Shown: positions 12,405 through 26,779, numbered from the whole stretch's first letter. The stretch: DNA of 63,696 nucleotides, filler included, from Octopus bimaculoides (GCF_001194135.2; 8 parts of 7 records of this genome joined end to end with filler, not necessarily neighbours in it), one strand, 5' to 3'. Translations and numbers: made by a program. The notes: generated by a model from the sequence alone, not told the origin.

Positions 12405-12715
12405 GGATCTGTTCCATCTGATGCACAGATTTTTTAATTAATATTTTTTGAACTAAACACTTTGCAACTTTTGGATACTGGTAGAATGTGTCACGTAGAA
12501 CAGGGTTTACTCTTAACGTTTTTGACAAAATGTATTTTAGAAGTTATTTCGTGTTAAAATTCTCGTATTGAGTAATGTTAACCAATCAATGACGTGTATT
12601 CAGCTGAAGAAAACTACTGCTGCTGTTTGTGAACAACAACCTCCGGCTTCATTGACAAAACGATGTATGTTCGACAACAGAAAGATTTGAACTGAAAATC
12701 GCCCCTAACAAATCC
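12405..12715 (+). mobile_element. Older GGATC-ended non-autonomous DNA element, related to the 38.3-kb MITE
   Basis: Begins GGATCTGTTCC, ends AACAAATCC; shares AAACACTTTG(C/A)AACTT...CTGGTAGAATGTGTCA and CCAATCAATGACGT with the MITE; reverse-complement relative at 57790-58049. Confidence 0.6.
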
Positions 12716-12776
12716 ATTCTTGAATAACCAGAGATGGTTTTATAGCAACATATATAAGAATGTGTCTGTCTGCCTG

Positions 12777-12841
<65 letters not shown>

Positions 12842-12929
12842 AAATACATTAATAATAGGCAGAAGTGTCAGAGACAATGGCGAAATTCGTGTTTGATAAG
12901 TGCCAATACAAGAAACTCTCAGTCACTGA

Positions 12930-13110
12930 TTAAAATTTTTTTTAACTAAACAGTTTGCAACTTCGGATACTGATTGAATGTGTCAGGATTGTTTCTATTC
13001 AGTACATAAACAAGTTTGGTTACTTTTTCTAGCAGGTCAAGCAACCACATATAGGCTCCGTTGTTGGTCTGTCTTACTAATAATTTTCTTGCTATTTAGC
13101 CTCAAATTAA
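12930..13110 (+). mobile_element. Eroded relative of the GGATC family
   Basis: AACTAAACAGTTTGCAACTTCGGATACTGATTGAATGTGTCA and a terminal AATTAACCCTAA. Confidence 0.4.
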
Positions 13111-16100
13111 CCCTAATACAACGAACCTATCATCAAAGACATTCCAGCCTTCAGCAAACCGTCTTTTTAGGGATAATCTTCGATATTACATACAATGGGC
13201 ATGTGATTTAGGTAGGGGGATACAATAAGAGATTCAATACTTTATTTCATTGGACCATCTATTTTTATATTATATATTATATATTCCATATTCTATATCC
13301 CACANNNNNNNNNNATAAATATATATAATGTATATATATAAACCACGAGAGAAAATGGAGATAAGATTAGTAAATGTTTATTAATGCAATGAGAAGACCA
13401 GCTCTACAATTGTTTCAATTCACCACTTGCAGCATAAAATCAACCAAATTTGATTTAATATAACTAAATCAATTTAGTTAATTGCTACAAGTGAAAATAT
13501 CGTCAGGGAAGGATGTATAAAGAAATTTATCATATTTGAAACGTGATGAGAACATTAAAGTTAATACTATATATCTTAATTACAAGACATACAGTTATAA
13601 AAAAATAGTTATACCCATAAATTAGTATAAATAACTATAATGTTTTTTTCTAATATTAATAGTATATATGTGTGTGCCTATATTGTTAGGTTTTCAATCA
13701 GTCTTATCTTGGATATTTTTAACCCTCTGAGGTTTATGTCCTCACCTGCACTTTTGTATATATATATATATNNNNNNNNNNNNNNNNNNNNNNNNNNNNN
13801 NNNNNNNNNNNNNNNTTAATTAATTAANNNNNNNNNNNNNNNNNNNNNNNNNNNNNNNNNNNNNNNNNNNNATATATATATATATACGCACACACACGTC
13901 TATAGAAATATTTACACACACTTATATGTGTGTGTGTATATATGTATACACGCATACGCACGTGTATTTATTCATGGATATTGTATGCATGCAATGTCCG
14001 TGGCTTTCGGTTATACGTATTCAATAATTTAATTATGCTATTAATGTGAATTTGACAGTACATTTTACTGACACATGCGCCCTTTGCATAAATCGGAGAC
14101 TAATTCAGAATCGTATACTTTGGCAAGGCTGAATAGATGGTACATTGAAGCCGATGAACTTGAAAGCACTTTACCTGAACCCAATTTCGCTCATATGTTT
14201 AGTAGAGGCTATGGAAAATAGCATTTACCCCAGATGCTAAACAATGTATCGGAGGTGAAATCTTGTGTTTGTGAAGTTAACCTTCAAATATACGGCCGTA
14301 CTGCACCTACCCATGCATACACATCCACATATTCATATATTAATATAATGAGAGATAGGTCCTTTATCAAATTTATGAACTATCACATCGCTCTCTGTAT
14401 ATGAATAGCTATATTTCTATTTATATATCTATGTTTGTAATGTATTTGAAGAGTATGCTGACCACTGTCCCAAGAACATTAATTACACAAGTCTCGCCAA
14501 ATACATTCACCGTTTCAGCAGAGATTGGAAAAGTGATATTGAGCCGGTTCATTAAACAGCTTGCATACAATATATACAGAAGTACAGCAGAATAAGAAAT
14601 GTCAATGACACACAGACGACTATTGGCCCAACTCTATTAACTATTGAAATTAAATAACACAAATTAATTAAAAATTAAATTTAATGAACTCATTCATGCT
14701 GACAGCACATTAATTTTGGTCTATTTCTATCACATTGAAATAGATCATGTGTCATGTAATATTTATGTATTGATTTCGAGCCAAGACGATAAGTATTTTG
14801 GTAATGTATATAGTTAACTATGATAAAGCCCTCATACGTTACTTGTTCTGTTTCGTGCTAAGTTGTGATTTTGTGAGAAATGCCAAATCTATCTCCATTA
14901 AACCACAATTTAGTCATTTTTAGGAAATATGTTAAATTCCTTGTCCTGCAATTGGGTAATGAACTAGATATCCTGAAAGCATACATTTCATCCAGCATCT
15001 GTTCCCTCAGAACTGGTATAGTGTTAATTCGCATATACATTCATTGAAACAAAACAGAGATGTATTCGTTACACACGTACTCATATGTTTTACTCTCAAA
15101 AAGGCTCCGTTAGGATATATGATGTCAAATTATTTATACTCCTCCTGATAAAACCTTCCACTAACGCTGATGAAATAATGAATGTCAAGTTTAGATTTAA
15201 TGATTCACATATAAGGGAAATATAGTTATTTCATCATGACATTCTTAGCCGATTGCGGATAATACCATGCCAAGTAGTTGGAAAATTTGGTCAGGATATA
15301 ACACCCAGCTCTGACAGCTTTCTGAAATTGGTTACCATGTTCTGTCTAGAGAAATAGAAATGGAAATAGACCATGGCTAGATATGCCTTATGGTAACAAT
15401 ACCAGTTCAAGTACTCTGTTGCACAGACAATTCACTTTAGCACCCATACGGTTTAGTGTAACTGTTGTATGCTAGTTTTGAACATCTTGTGGAATGGAGG
15501 TTGTTATAATTTCTGACATTGAATGTTAGAATTCCTTACCGCGTTGCATTTTGAGTTCACATAGGATGAAGCATTATATTTAATTTCGGTGTTCGATAAA
15601 TGCACCATTTATGTAAAAAGGTAAATGCATCCGAGTACCCCACTTCAATGAAATTTCTGACCTAGTGTAAAATATGCCGTTTTGACAATATATATGATTT
15701 TACTGTGGGAATGTTGCTATATATAAAATGACACTGTATATCATGTATTATGTATATTTTCTTATCTTTCCAGAATGCAACACCGAGAAAGAGTTATATA
15801 TACATACACACATATTTGAGTTACATTAACGATTTCATTTAATGCATTATGGCAAAGGGAGAATAACTTCGTTGGCTTACAATAAAATATACATATATCG
15901 TTTCTTCTTAACGAAAAGCAAAAACTGAAAAAAATTCAAGTCTTTTCTAAACATATAAAGAAAATATATTTAACCGAATATTGAAACCGCATACTGATCT
16001 CATCGAGCCATCAACAGTGATCTTTATCTCATACATAAATATTGATTTACTTTTCATGTGTATGCTATTGCATTTCATCAACAGAAGCTATCTGTTATCA

Positions 16101-16999
16101 AAATGCGCAGATTTTCTGCACAACATTTTCAAAATTTGTTCGTGCCATTTAGTGAATACCGTGGATTACTGATAGATGATCCCCGTGCTCATTCACATTT
16201 AATCTCTCTCCATGATAAAATAAACACAGAATGATATATTATAAATATAATTTTATTGCTTTCATTTTCATTCAATTTTTAAAAAAAAATTGCAGCTATA
16301 AAATATTTGCGCATTTATGTAACCTCTTGGTTTGATGTGTAGATTGTATTATGAGCATGTAGCGGATTATGCAAGCTCGAAAGCCCATAAAACAGCCACA
16401 TACTATTTTAAGTATTTGCAGAAAAAAATATGATTTTTGCCTAATTGTCTTCGTGAGATCTCTGAGAGACTGTAAATACCGTTGGAATTTTTTCTTTCTG
16501 TATGCGTTTTGTATTTGGTAATGATTATTAAGTGATTCCAGATAATTAAGAAGTTATTCGTTGCTCAAATAAATTAAGAATTATTTTTACTGGGACTATG
16601 TGTACTATAAACCTGTATGCTTCAGCTATAAGTTATCAATTGCAGTTAAGTTTGTGACGTTAGAGACAACAATCCTTAATAGAATTGGAACTGAGTTGAT
16701 TAGGGATTATTTTGAGTTAATGTGACAGTAAACGATCAATTTTCAATAAGGCATCTCTTAAATTTATACGTGATTAAAATTCTTCTGAATCTGTTGTCTA
16801 AGAATTAGCATTTGGTACAAAATTATTTAACACATATATCCTACTATCTATCCAACATTCGTCTGTGGTATCATTCTGTATCATCTGTATCATTTTCCCG
16901 GTGCTGTTGAGAAAGCTATTTATATGAAGATAAATGTTGTGCTTTAAAATGGGATCTATTTCTTTACTTCAAGGTATCGTACTGTTCCGGTATTAGATT

Positions 17000-18200
17000 T
17001 GAAATCAAATTCGGCAAAATTCTTAAGAATTTGTATCTCTGCCGAACTTCACAGGAAGTATCTGAATAGCACAACATCCGGCTAGATTAAACATCACTAG
17101 GAGAAAGGTTTATAGTAGGAAACGTTTGTCTACATGTCGTATAACACGATCTACAAACTAGCGAATATTATTGGCCGTATGGTACGAAACAGCGTGGAAA
17201 AAACCTGTTGAGGATCAGAAAAAAAAAAGGCTTTGTAAAATATTAAACGCAATTGAAATGGTTAAGTTATTGAGGGAAAATACATTAACGCAAATTTATA
17301 TCGGACAAAATGATATACAATGCCAAAATAACAGTGGTAGTGTTGAGAGGAACTGTGATGATAATTCGCTATATTGAAGATGGGAAATATGGAACAATTC
17401 AGTAAGGCTGGATATCCAATGAGCATGAGTGTCATGGAACTCAGGTGATAAGGAGATATCATGTGTCTTGCTGAAAATTAATCAGTCACGGTATAATTTC
17501 CTCTGAGAACTGTGAAAATATGTACTCCCACATATGACAAAGTTTAGACAGTACAGTTTGTTGTGAATATTGATTATGTTATGCAATGTGGGCACACAAG
17601 TGTCTTGTTAGTTAAGCTTAACAGCTGCACTGAAGCAGTAATTCTGAGACGTACTGTGCAAATAAAAGCACCCTGTTGATTTTTAAAGAAGGCAATATAA
17701 ACGAGTGCGGTAAAAAAATAAAAAAAATAAGAACGCATGAAACCTAGAATTCTGAATTGACTTGATTAGGAGCTGCGGATGGATTAGAAACAGGAGTCCG
17801 TGTTCCCAGGTTGTAGGTTCCCTAACGGTATGTTTTTGTTTCAAGAAAACATTGTTTCGTCATTTACTTTTGTGTGCTCTAAGAAAGTAATATTGCAGTT
17901 CGGACATGAAACAAATGCCGAAAATAGGAACAAATTAGAATCCTACGAGTTGCAGGAACAGCAATGGATGGTAATTTCAGTAAAAACGGGTTGCCATCTG
18001 TTCAAAAGCCTACATGGTTAGCACTGTACTAAGAAAATGAAAATATTTATTGGTGAAGTGAAGCGGGACATAGATAATTCATAATGAACATAGCAGAGGC
18101 CTGTAAGGAGAAGTCAAGCGAATAGAATCACGAACTAGTAAAAGAAAATTGTTGAAATGCAGTTGGAATGAGTATCACCACCAAGTTTTTTTTATACTCC
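17000..18200 (+). pseudogene. Possible very old LINE reverse-transcriptase relic
   Basis: Scattered RT-like peptides in rough order (KKAL, ETGVR, LQFGHE...MVISVKT, EVKRI) among many stops; weak. Confidence 0.25.
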
Positions 18201-19313
18201 TTGTATCAATACTAGACGAAATATCTTAATGATAGTATTAAAGGTGATTGACTCCGAAGGTGTGATAGATATTGTCAGCTGTGGAAGTTGTTATTATCAC
18301 CAGTGAACGACTGAACAGACGCTATCACGTAATGTTACATTTACACTATATTTTAATGATACTTAGGGTGTATATTTTGATGAAGTCATGATAGCCAATA
18401 GCCAGTCGATTAGTTTCTATATATTATTGACACGGAATATAAAGAAGTATTTATATGTTTCGCAGAATCTTCAGGTTTATCGCTGTTCGGGTAGGAGGCC
18501 AGTTGGATAGTAAATGCCCCAAAGTTAAACCTTTGTTGACCTCCGAATATTCATTTATTGGATCTGTCTAGAAGTTTCGTTGATACAAAGCTTACAACGG
18601 AAATTTTATCTTGTGCTCAATTGCCACAGGTGATGTAAAACTAGACGTTTAGTGATTAAAATACGAATTATACATGCGTGTATCAGAATAACTAATGATG
18701 AAATTATGGGACATATCATACTGTTCTCTTTTTTTTTTCGAATAAGTCTTGCGGCGATCAAGAATTGATGATACAATTCCAGATTAACCCATCGGAAACA
18801 TGTAGCCATTTAATCATGATTTGGATATGTATGTGCTTAAGTGACCATCGTTTGAGATAGAATCGCCTTTATAATGTTCTGGGAGAGTGACAGAAAATTG
18901 TATTAGACTTTTCAATGGCTAATTTGAGCTAGTTAGTCTTGTGACGTTAACGTCGGTTCAATAATGCAAGGAGGAGAAAATTTATAAGTAAAATCAAGTA
19001 GTTAGCTTCTGGTCGTCTAACGGTATAAACTCGAAGATGCTGACAGCATACACTAAGCAGCGAGCGAGGGATGACAGATTTTAGCAGATATGTCCATGTC
19101 GCACATATCCGTAAATTATAAACGGAAAAAAGAGTTTGGTACAAGAAAAGGAATTGAACAGGTCTTATTATAAGCCACTACAAATATTTCAACAAACTAA
19201 TATTAGATATTAATGACTGGATATTACATATATTATTCGCAATATCGTATTAACATGATTCAACAATCGCTCTATGCAAGTACATCTACGGGTGACAAGA
19301 GTCAAAGAAAGTC

Positions 19314-19563
19314 TATACTATCTTCAATTTCTCTACATTTTATACCCATACCGAAATACTATTTTTACTATTCGTCTGAGAATCAGTAACAAGGAAATAA
19401 AAGAGTTACAAATGAGAAAATAATAAAATACAGGAATTATTCCATTTTTGTTGTCTTTTCTCATTTGTATCTCTTTGTATTTCCTGTTTCCCCTTTATCT
19501 GAGAAATACTAAAAATAGTATTTCGGCACGGGCATAAAATGTAGCGAAACTAAAGATGATATA
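19314..19563. mobile_element. About 250-bp foldback element / MITE (whole-length imperfect palindrome)
   Basis: ATCTTCAATTTCTCTACATTTTATACCCATACCGAAATACTATTTTTACTATT versus reverse complement ATCTTTAGTTTCGCTACATTTTATGCCCGTGCCGAAATACTATTTTTAGTATT; inner arms also pair. Confidence 0.8.
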
Positions 19564-20362
19564 GCAGTGTTTTGATTCAGTCACCAGAGATTGCGCTTGT
19601 AGAAATATTTTCATGAATTAGGTTAATGCAGTATTGTGGGCGCATGTAAAATTCAGCAATTAGCATCTGATCATGATGCATAGAAACAATTGGAGTGATA
19701 CTGATATGCATAAAATCTGATCAGTCCATATTCTTATCTATCTATCGATCGATCTATCTATCAATCTAATTATCTATCTATCTATCGTTCTAGCGTTCAA
19801 TCGTTTCATCTATCTTTTTTTATTATACATAAAGATTGGACCGGTTTCACATCATACACTGATTTTCAAAAGTTGAGATAGAAAGACGTGGGTTGTGCCG
19901 CAGCTGTCTTGATTCTAACTAGTGTTTGAAGCTTGTTCTATACTTATAAGGACTATATGGCTCAAATTAACATATATGCTTTGGGTGGAACTTGATTGGT
20001 ATAGGATAATCACATGACTGGCCTTTGAAATTTTTCCAAGTTCCCCGATACGTCCATGTGTTAATGCCAAGTGACAATGTTAGGCGTCATAAGTTAAGGC
20101 TGGCACAGTTAAGTGAACAAGTCTAGTGACACTACGAAACATTCAATGCTCTGAATGTTTTCTCTGAAGTGTTGTGGATAATTATCTTGTTATCTCTAGC
20201 CGAATTGGTGTGTTACGCGGACGTAAACACAGCAACACCGATTGCCGAAACAAGCAGAAACACAAAGACACATACACACACACTCAATCACACACACAAA
20301 CACATATATATATACGGTGTGTTTGTGTGATAAGAACCTTGCTTCCCAAGAACAAGGTTCCA

Positions 20363-20397
<35 letters not shown>

Positions 20398-20454
20398 AGT
20401 GATGTGTAGAAAAAATTACATAACATCTTCGAACTTACCCCCGTTGCACTTATC

Positions 20455-20730
20455 CATACAATGGGTCACGATCGTAAGGTCGTCATTTAGAATTCCAGTG
20501 GTGCATTGTGTTCTTTGCACAAGACACCTTATTTCACGTTTTTCCGGTCCACTCAGCTGGCACAAATCAGTTGTATCTCACAGGGCCAGCTTTGTTACAT
20601 TTTGTGTCACGCTGAATCTGCCTGAGAACGATGCGTGTGTGGAGCGCTCAGCTAGTTACACGTTAACTTCAAGGCAGGTTGTTCTGTTAATCGGATCATC
20701 TGGAGCCGTCGTCGGCATAACGGACAGAAT
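20455..20730 (+). mobile_element. SINE family C (tRNA head + V-like box), degenerate
   Basis: GATCGTAAGGTCGT...TTGTGTTCTTTGCACAAGACACCTTATTTCACG, homologous to 35003-35290. Confidence 0.7.
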
Positions 20731-21561
20731 GCCAGTTCACGTAAACATCAACACACAAAATACTGGTGGAACACTCCCATCAAAACATCTGTCAGTAATA
20801 AGTATAACAGTCCAGATATTGTTGATTGAGAAAACAAACAAAAGTATGTAGTCACAGAGGTTAGTAGAGGAAGAAAATAACAATAGTCGACTGATTCGAA
20901 ACATCCTGCTTCACCATCCAGTTATAGCAATAATTATTGGTTTTATGACAGTCACGTTCAGCATAGATTTTCATTCAAAAGAAATAAATCAACAAAATCG
21001 CGTATTACAAATACAAGCTGTAAGTGGAAGGATATCGTATGAAACATTTTTCAAGTATAACATGTGACATTGTTTTCTTTATCCACATCCCAATGATAGT
21101 TTTGTTTCATCGTTAGAAGCTACCTCTTTCCACAGTGAAAGAAACTGAATAATTAAAAACAGAATAGAGCATACAAACCCGCACAAAAATATGTGAAATA
21201 GAATTCGAAAGTAGAAATTGCAAATGTATTCAGGATGTAACAATTTAAGACTCAGTTATAAAGAAAAAATGATTTCAATAAAATCTTGGAACATTATTTA
21301 CCTGTAGGCAATATGTATAAGAAAACATTATTGTTTCCCTATTAAAAACGAAAACGAATATGTGGATGTATATTCCCATATATATACAAATACTAAGCAA
21401 ATATACAAACATGATTTATTTGATAACATCGAGAATGTAACGCAGCAAACACATACAATACGTGTATAATACCTACATACATACCTATCCATCTATCTAT
21501 CTACTTATCTATCTATCTGTCTCCCTCTCTCTCTCTATCTGCCTCTGTCTGTCTGTCTGTT

Positions 21562-21614
<53 letters not shown>

Positions 21615-22444
21615 TTGTGCCTTTCTCCTCTTCGATGTATATGAAGAGTTGGTTATCTACAATAATATGACTGCTAATTTTAATAATCTTCATTAATTTT
21701 ATTTAATATTATATGACTATTAAAACTATTTATTATTATTTTTCCTTAATTTAAAAAAATAAAAACATCGTGATATATCTAATAATATCTGTATACTTAT
21801 GCATATACAGATATACACACATATATAAAACTGATATATATAAACAAACACATATACAGAAGCTAAGCGTTAATAGTAGTGTGTATAGATATATAAATAA
21901 TACGTATTCTAACGACTATCCCTTAAACTATACACATACATAAACAAATCAATTTGTTTCGATAAGATTTTAGACTGATAAATACATAGGTAGTAAATTG
22001 ATTATGTAAACCAATAGAAATTTACATAGATAAGGGCTTTATTTTTTGTTATACTTTAAATTATATATTTATTATTATTTGTTGTTATTTTTAAACTTAC
22101 ACTATATTTTAAGTTTCATTTTTCAAAATTATTAGCATACACATGCACACAATGAATATATATTTCTTAATTTTCTTAGTCTATTGATAAATAACATTTC
22201 ATCAACATGTAACCATTTCTATTGTACTCTAGCCCTGATGGTATTCTAACGAGTATTAATCATACTGCTATGTTATTCTAGTCTTTGGAATTATTCCAAT
22301 CTTTGAATTTGAAATTATATATTGGACTGAATTGAAACGTACGTAGGTGGTTTTCTGGCAGTATGTTAATTGAATAATCATATATCCTTACCCACTCTCT
22401 ATTCTCCTTCTTTAATCATATATATATATATATATAATACACAA

Positions 22445-22750
22445 TGCGTCAAGACCGCAAAACATCCAGACAGTTAGGCGATACAAGAAAGGGCCAAAAC
22501 ATCCAGACAGTTATGTGATACAAGAAAGGGCCAAAACATCCAGATAGACGATATAAAAAAAACACAGACAGGTCATTCGGAGTTCTCTCTCTTCAGTCGA
22601 GATCCAGATTATCCTTGCAATTTCGGCTGGTTATTCTCGATATTGCTCCAATCTGGCCATCCCCAACGAAAAACTAAGCTAAAAGCATTAGATTCCTTAG
22701 AAGAAAGCAGCAAATGTATACAAACACAAGAACGGAAAAATACGAACAAT
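22445..22750. repeat. Unclassified interspersed repeat with an internal 37-bp tandem unit (2.3 copies)
   Basis: CAAAACATCCAGACAGTTA..GATACAAGAAAGGGC at 22458, 22495 and partial at 22532; GC-richer than the flanks. Confidence 0.5.
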
Positions 22751-22835
22751 GTTACACATGTATATATGTATATATGTATGTATACATGTATAAATAGATA
22801 GATAGATTTATAGATACGTGTACGTACATGTAATT

Positions 22836-22868
<33 letters not shown>

Positions 22869-24991
22869 TACACACACACACACATACACACACACACATA
22901 CACACACACAAACGCATATGTGTATAAGTATGAACACATGTCGAAAATATTTAAAACATGTACCATACAATGTATGCTATCCACATGTAAATTTCTTAAT
23001 TCTCATCCGACATTTCGTATAAGTATAAAATTCTTAATTGATTCGAACATACCCTTTTGGAAGCCCTTACCTCGAATTGTTATCTCTTTATTTGTCACTC
23101 TTTAATTCAGTACCTGAACCTGTACATGATGCATTGCTTTTACGTATGCCTTTTACATATAATTTTATTTACTGATTTATAAATTTATATGTATATTTAT
23201 TTAGTTGTGTTTCAAATTATGCAGTGTATTTCTATTGGTTGTCTCGATTTGTTCCTTCTAAGATTTCCCTTATATATATATATATATATATNNNNNNNNN
23301 NNNNNNNNNNNNNNNNNNNNNNNNNNNNNNNNNNNNNNNNNNNNNNNNNNNNNNNNNNNNNNNNNNNNNNNNNNNNNNNNNNNNNNNNNNNNNNNNNNNN
23401 NNNNNNNNNNNNNNNNNNNNNNNNNNNNNNNNNNNNNNNNNNNNNNNNNNNNNNNNNNNNNNNNNNNNNNNNNNNNNNNNNNNNNNNNNNNNNNNNNNNN
23501 NNNNNNNNNNNNNNNNNNNNNNNNNNNNNNNNNNNNNNNNNNNNNNNNNNNNNNNNNNNNNNNNNNNNNNNNNNNNNNNNNNNNNNNNNNNNNNNNNNNN
23601 NNNNNNNNNNNNNNNNNNNNNNNNNNNNNNNNNNNNNNNNNNNNNNNNNNNNNNNNNNNNNNNNNNNNNNNNNNNNNNNNNNNNNNNNNNNNNNNNNNNN
23701 NNNNNNNNNNNNNNNNNNNNNNNNNNNNNNNNNNNNNNNNNNNNNNNNNNNNNNNNNNNNNNNNNNNNNNNNNNNNNNNNNNNNNNNNNNNNNNNNNNNN
23801 NNNNNNNNNNNNNNNNNNNNNNNNNNNNNNNNNNNNNNNNNNNNNNNNNNNNNNNNNNNNNNNNNNNNNNNNNNNNNNNNNNNNNNNNNNNTATATATAT
23901 ATATATATGTTTAAATATATATTTTTTATACCAAAAACATGGCACAAGAATATAGTATCTGTTAACAATCTTAGCAAAATACTCACTGACCCCGGATGAT
24001 TTATTCTTTGCTCACTTACCACCTGCGTAACTATGTTCTCTAAAACTTCTGTAGGCAATAGCTTATCTAGGGTTATGTATGTCAGGAGATCCCGAAATAT
24101 TTTCCCGGTAAATAAGTATCTTCTGTTCTACTTTGTCCGAAGATATTTTGATAGCCTATAATTCATATTAGAGACGATATATACTTTTTTTTAGAATTAT
24201 GTTAATTGTTATCTGAATTCATATTTGCTTATTTTTCACTCACAGCTACATGTACGGCTATTAGAAAAAACTGAAATATTTTGATATTAGAAATTTGAGA
24301 GATTTAAAAGCCAATTAGCTTACTTTCGTGTCTTATTGATGCATTCGTTCTGGTTTCGAAATGAAACTGTAATTCTAAATATCAAATCAATGTGAGTTTC
24401 GACGGTTGTGATATGTAGTGGTTAAGAGACTTTTGATCCATGATTATGCATTCATAGTATCAATATCCCTTTAAGACACACAAGATTAATGTTGCTAAGC
24501 AAGGTACGCAATTTCTGTTTCCTTTGGAAATATCATTGATGGATTTGAGGAGGTGAACTGAGAATTCTAGGTTAATAAGAAGAAAGACACCAGTAGAAAC
24601 AATCCAATTAATTCAATTTATATCCATTTCAACATTTCGACATAGCACCTCAGAGATATCATGATGTTGACCATCAATAGAGCTATGCAATCAGCGAATC
24701 TAATTGCCAGACTTCAGTGACGTGTTATTTCAAATAAACGTATAGCTAATACCTTTCTTGTTCGTCAGGAATTTCCAAGATGGTTACCTAACAACTAAAC
24801 AAGTTGCTGTCAACAATTTTAGAAAAACTTTTCACCTTGATTGATATTAACTTTCTACCTATGTTATATATTGAATTGAATGATGGATTATTTCGAAATG
24901 ATTAAATGACAAACTACAAATCTCCAACGTTGATATATTTATATCCGTATTTTCAAATAGCCTCTCTTTTCCCATCTTGTTGACGCTGCGA

Positions 24992-25090
24992 AATCGAATT
25001 TTAATACACGGTCAAGTGCTCGACCGAATTTTCATACACACTCATGTGCTCAATCGAATTTTCATACATGCTCATTTGCTCAATCGATTT
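24992..25090. repeat. 30-bp minisatellite, about 3.3 units
   Basis: Units at 24992, 25022, 25052: AATCGAATTTT(A/C)ATACA..(G/C)TCA..TGCTC. Confidence 0.85.
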
Positions 25091-26779
25091 ATGTAGCCTA
25101 TACGTTAAGCATTGATCGACTCTAAATAACAACAATGTCTCCCTCATGTTATAGCAATTTGCAAATCCGAACGAACATGTTGAAAATGTCGACCTAGATA
25201 AATTTATCTGTATAAAGTACGAGATGATAACAGCTGAATCGTAATTCAGCTCGTTTAGGGCTCACTTGGGGTTTAACAACAGCAAGTAAGTCTTCCCAGC
25301 GACTATTAAGCAGAAAATTACAAAATTCGTTAGAAATGCTTTAATGAATTATAATTATTTATTCCCTGAAGTAATTAATTTCCAAAGTCTCCTATTAATT
25401 ATCGATCCTCTATGGACCGACACTGCCTGTGTGAGAAATTATTAATGAATTTATAGACGACATTATAGCACAGTAATAAGTCTAGATCTAGCTATGCGTT
25501 TGGTGGAATAGTTATTATGTTCGTTATCTTACGCTGTGTTTAGTTATGTTTTCTTATAATATCCACCAGTACATTTATTGTTGGTTTATTTGAAGTTATA
25601 CTAGCATCGTCCTTTTGTTACCATTCATATGACTACGTTTTTTTTCTGTTAGCCTACAGTTTTATTTATCATTGTTACGTTTCTCATTATCAATATTTCT
25701 CGGTTTAATGATACTAATTTTATAACTAGGTTCTTTAATTCTATCTTTATGAATATAAATATTTTTACCGTTATATAGAGCTTCAGCTAGAGTATGCTTC
25801 AAATATGTTTTTCTTTATTTTTGAACAATTGTGGTTAGCATTACCATTATTAATATTATCATTATTATCATTAGCTTTATTATCATTCGCATCATCATCA
25901 TCAACATCATTGCGGGAGGATTTCGAGAGCTCTGAACAAATTACCTTGATATATTTAATGCAATACATTTCATCCGAAGTTCAAAACCAATAGAATTTCA
26001 CATTGTGATCGATAACATATAATATTATTCAAATATTGGTTTTGATGCTGCTGACTGGCCTTCTCACTTCAAATTTTCTTGTGGTGTACTGTACCCATGT
26101 CAAAATAACATACCGATGTTATTGTATGAAATGCGAAAATATTCTTGCTCCGTTCTACATACAATAATATATCGACATCATTCCCCAACTTCATATATTA
26201 TCAACTGAAGTAAGCTGAAGCATACTTCATTTGTTGCACAAATGTTTGAAAAGGAGAATCAAATACTTGAACATTACAGTAAATATAGTCTATTTTTCTA
26301 TCAAAATAAATATTTAGAAAGCTGTCCACATTTCATGTATAAAATATATTCATATTTTTTCTCATAATCTACCAACTATAGTTGTTTTCGGTATTGTCGT
26401 TTTTATTGTGTTTGGCTATCTAGTTGCTGATATTGATGTTGTTTGTGATTCATTTTCATTTGTTATGATCTTTGTTAGCTGACATATTTTTGGCACTTAT
26501 TAAAGCATTGAATGTCTTATGCCTACTAAAGTAGAACAACATCGGGGACAACTAAATCAGAAACAACAAATACTACTACAATACTATTTAAAAAGGACTA
26601 ATAAAATGCACTGTACGTTTTGGTAATATTCGTTGGATTCACGCATTCTTTTCTTCTTCACTTCTTAAGTTTGATGCTTTGCAATATCTTACTAACGTTA
26701 TTAACTTTGCAGCAGATAAGCAAATATTAAAATACGGAAAAAAACATGTAAACAGCAAAAGGCAAATAGCGAGAATAAT

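Noticed and set aside
15750-15800. Strong acceptor-like sites at about 15773, 18466 and 39346
   Set aside because: Only weak donors follow, and such sites are common in AT-rich DNA.
20399-20851. 150-aa ORF of normal-looking composition
   Set aside because: Largely coincides with a family C SINE.
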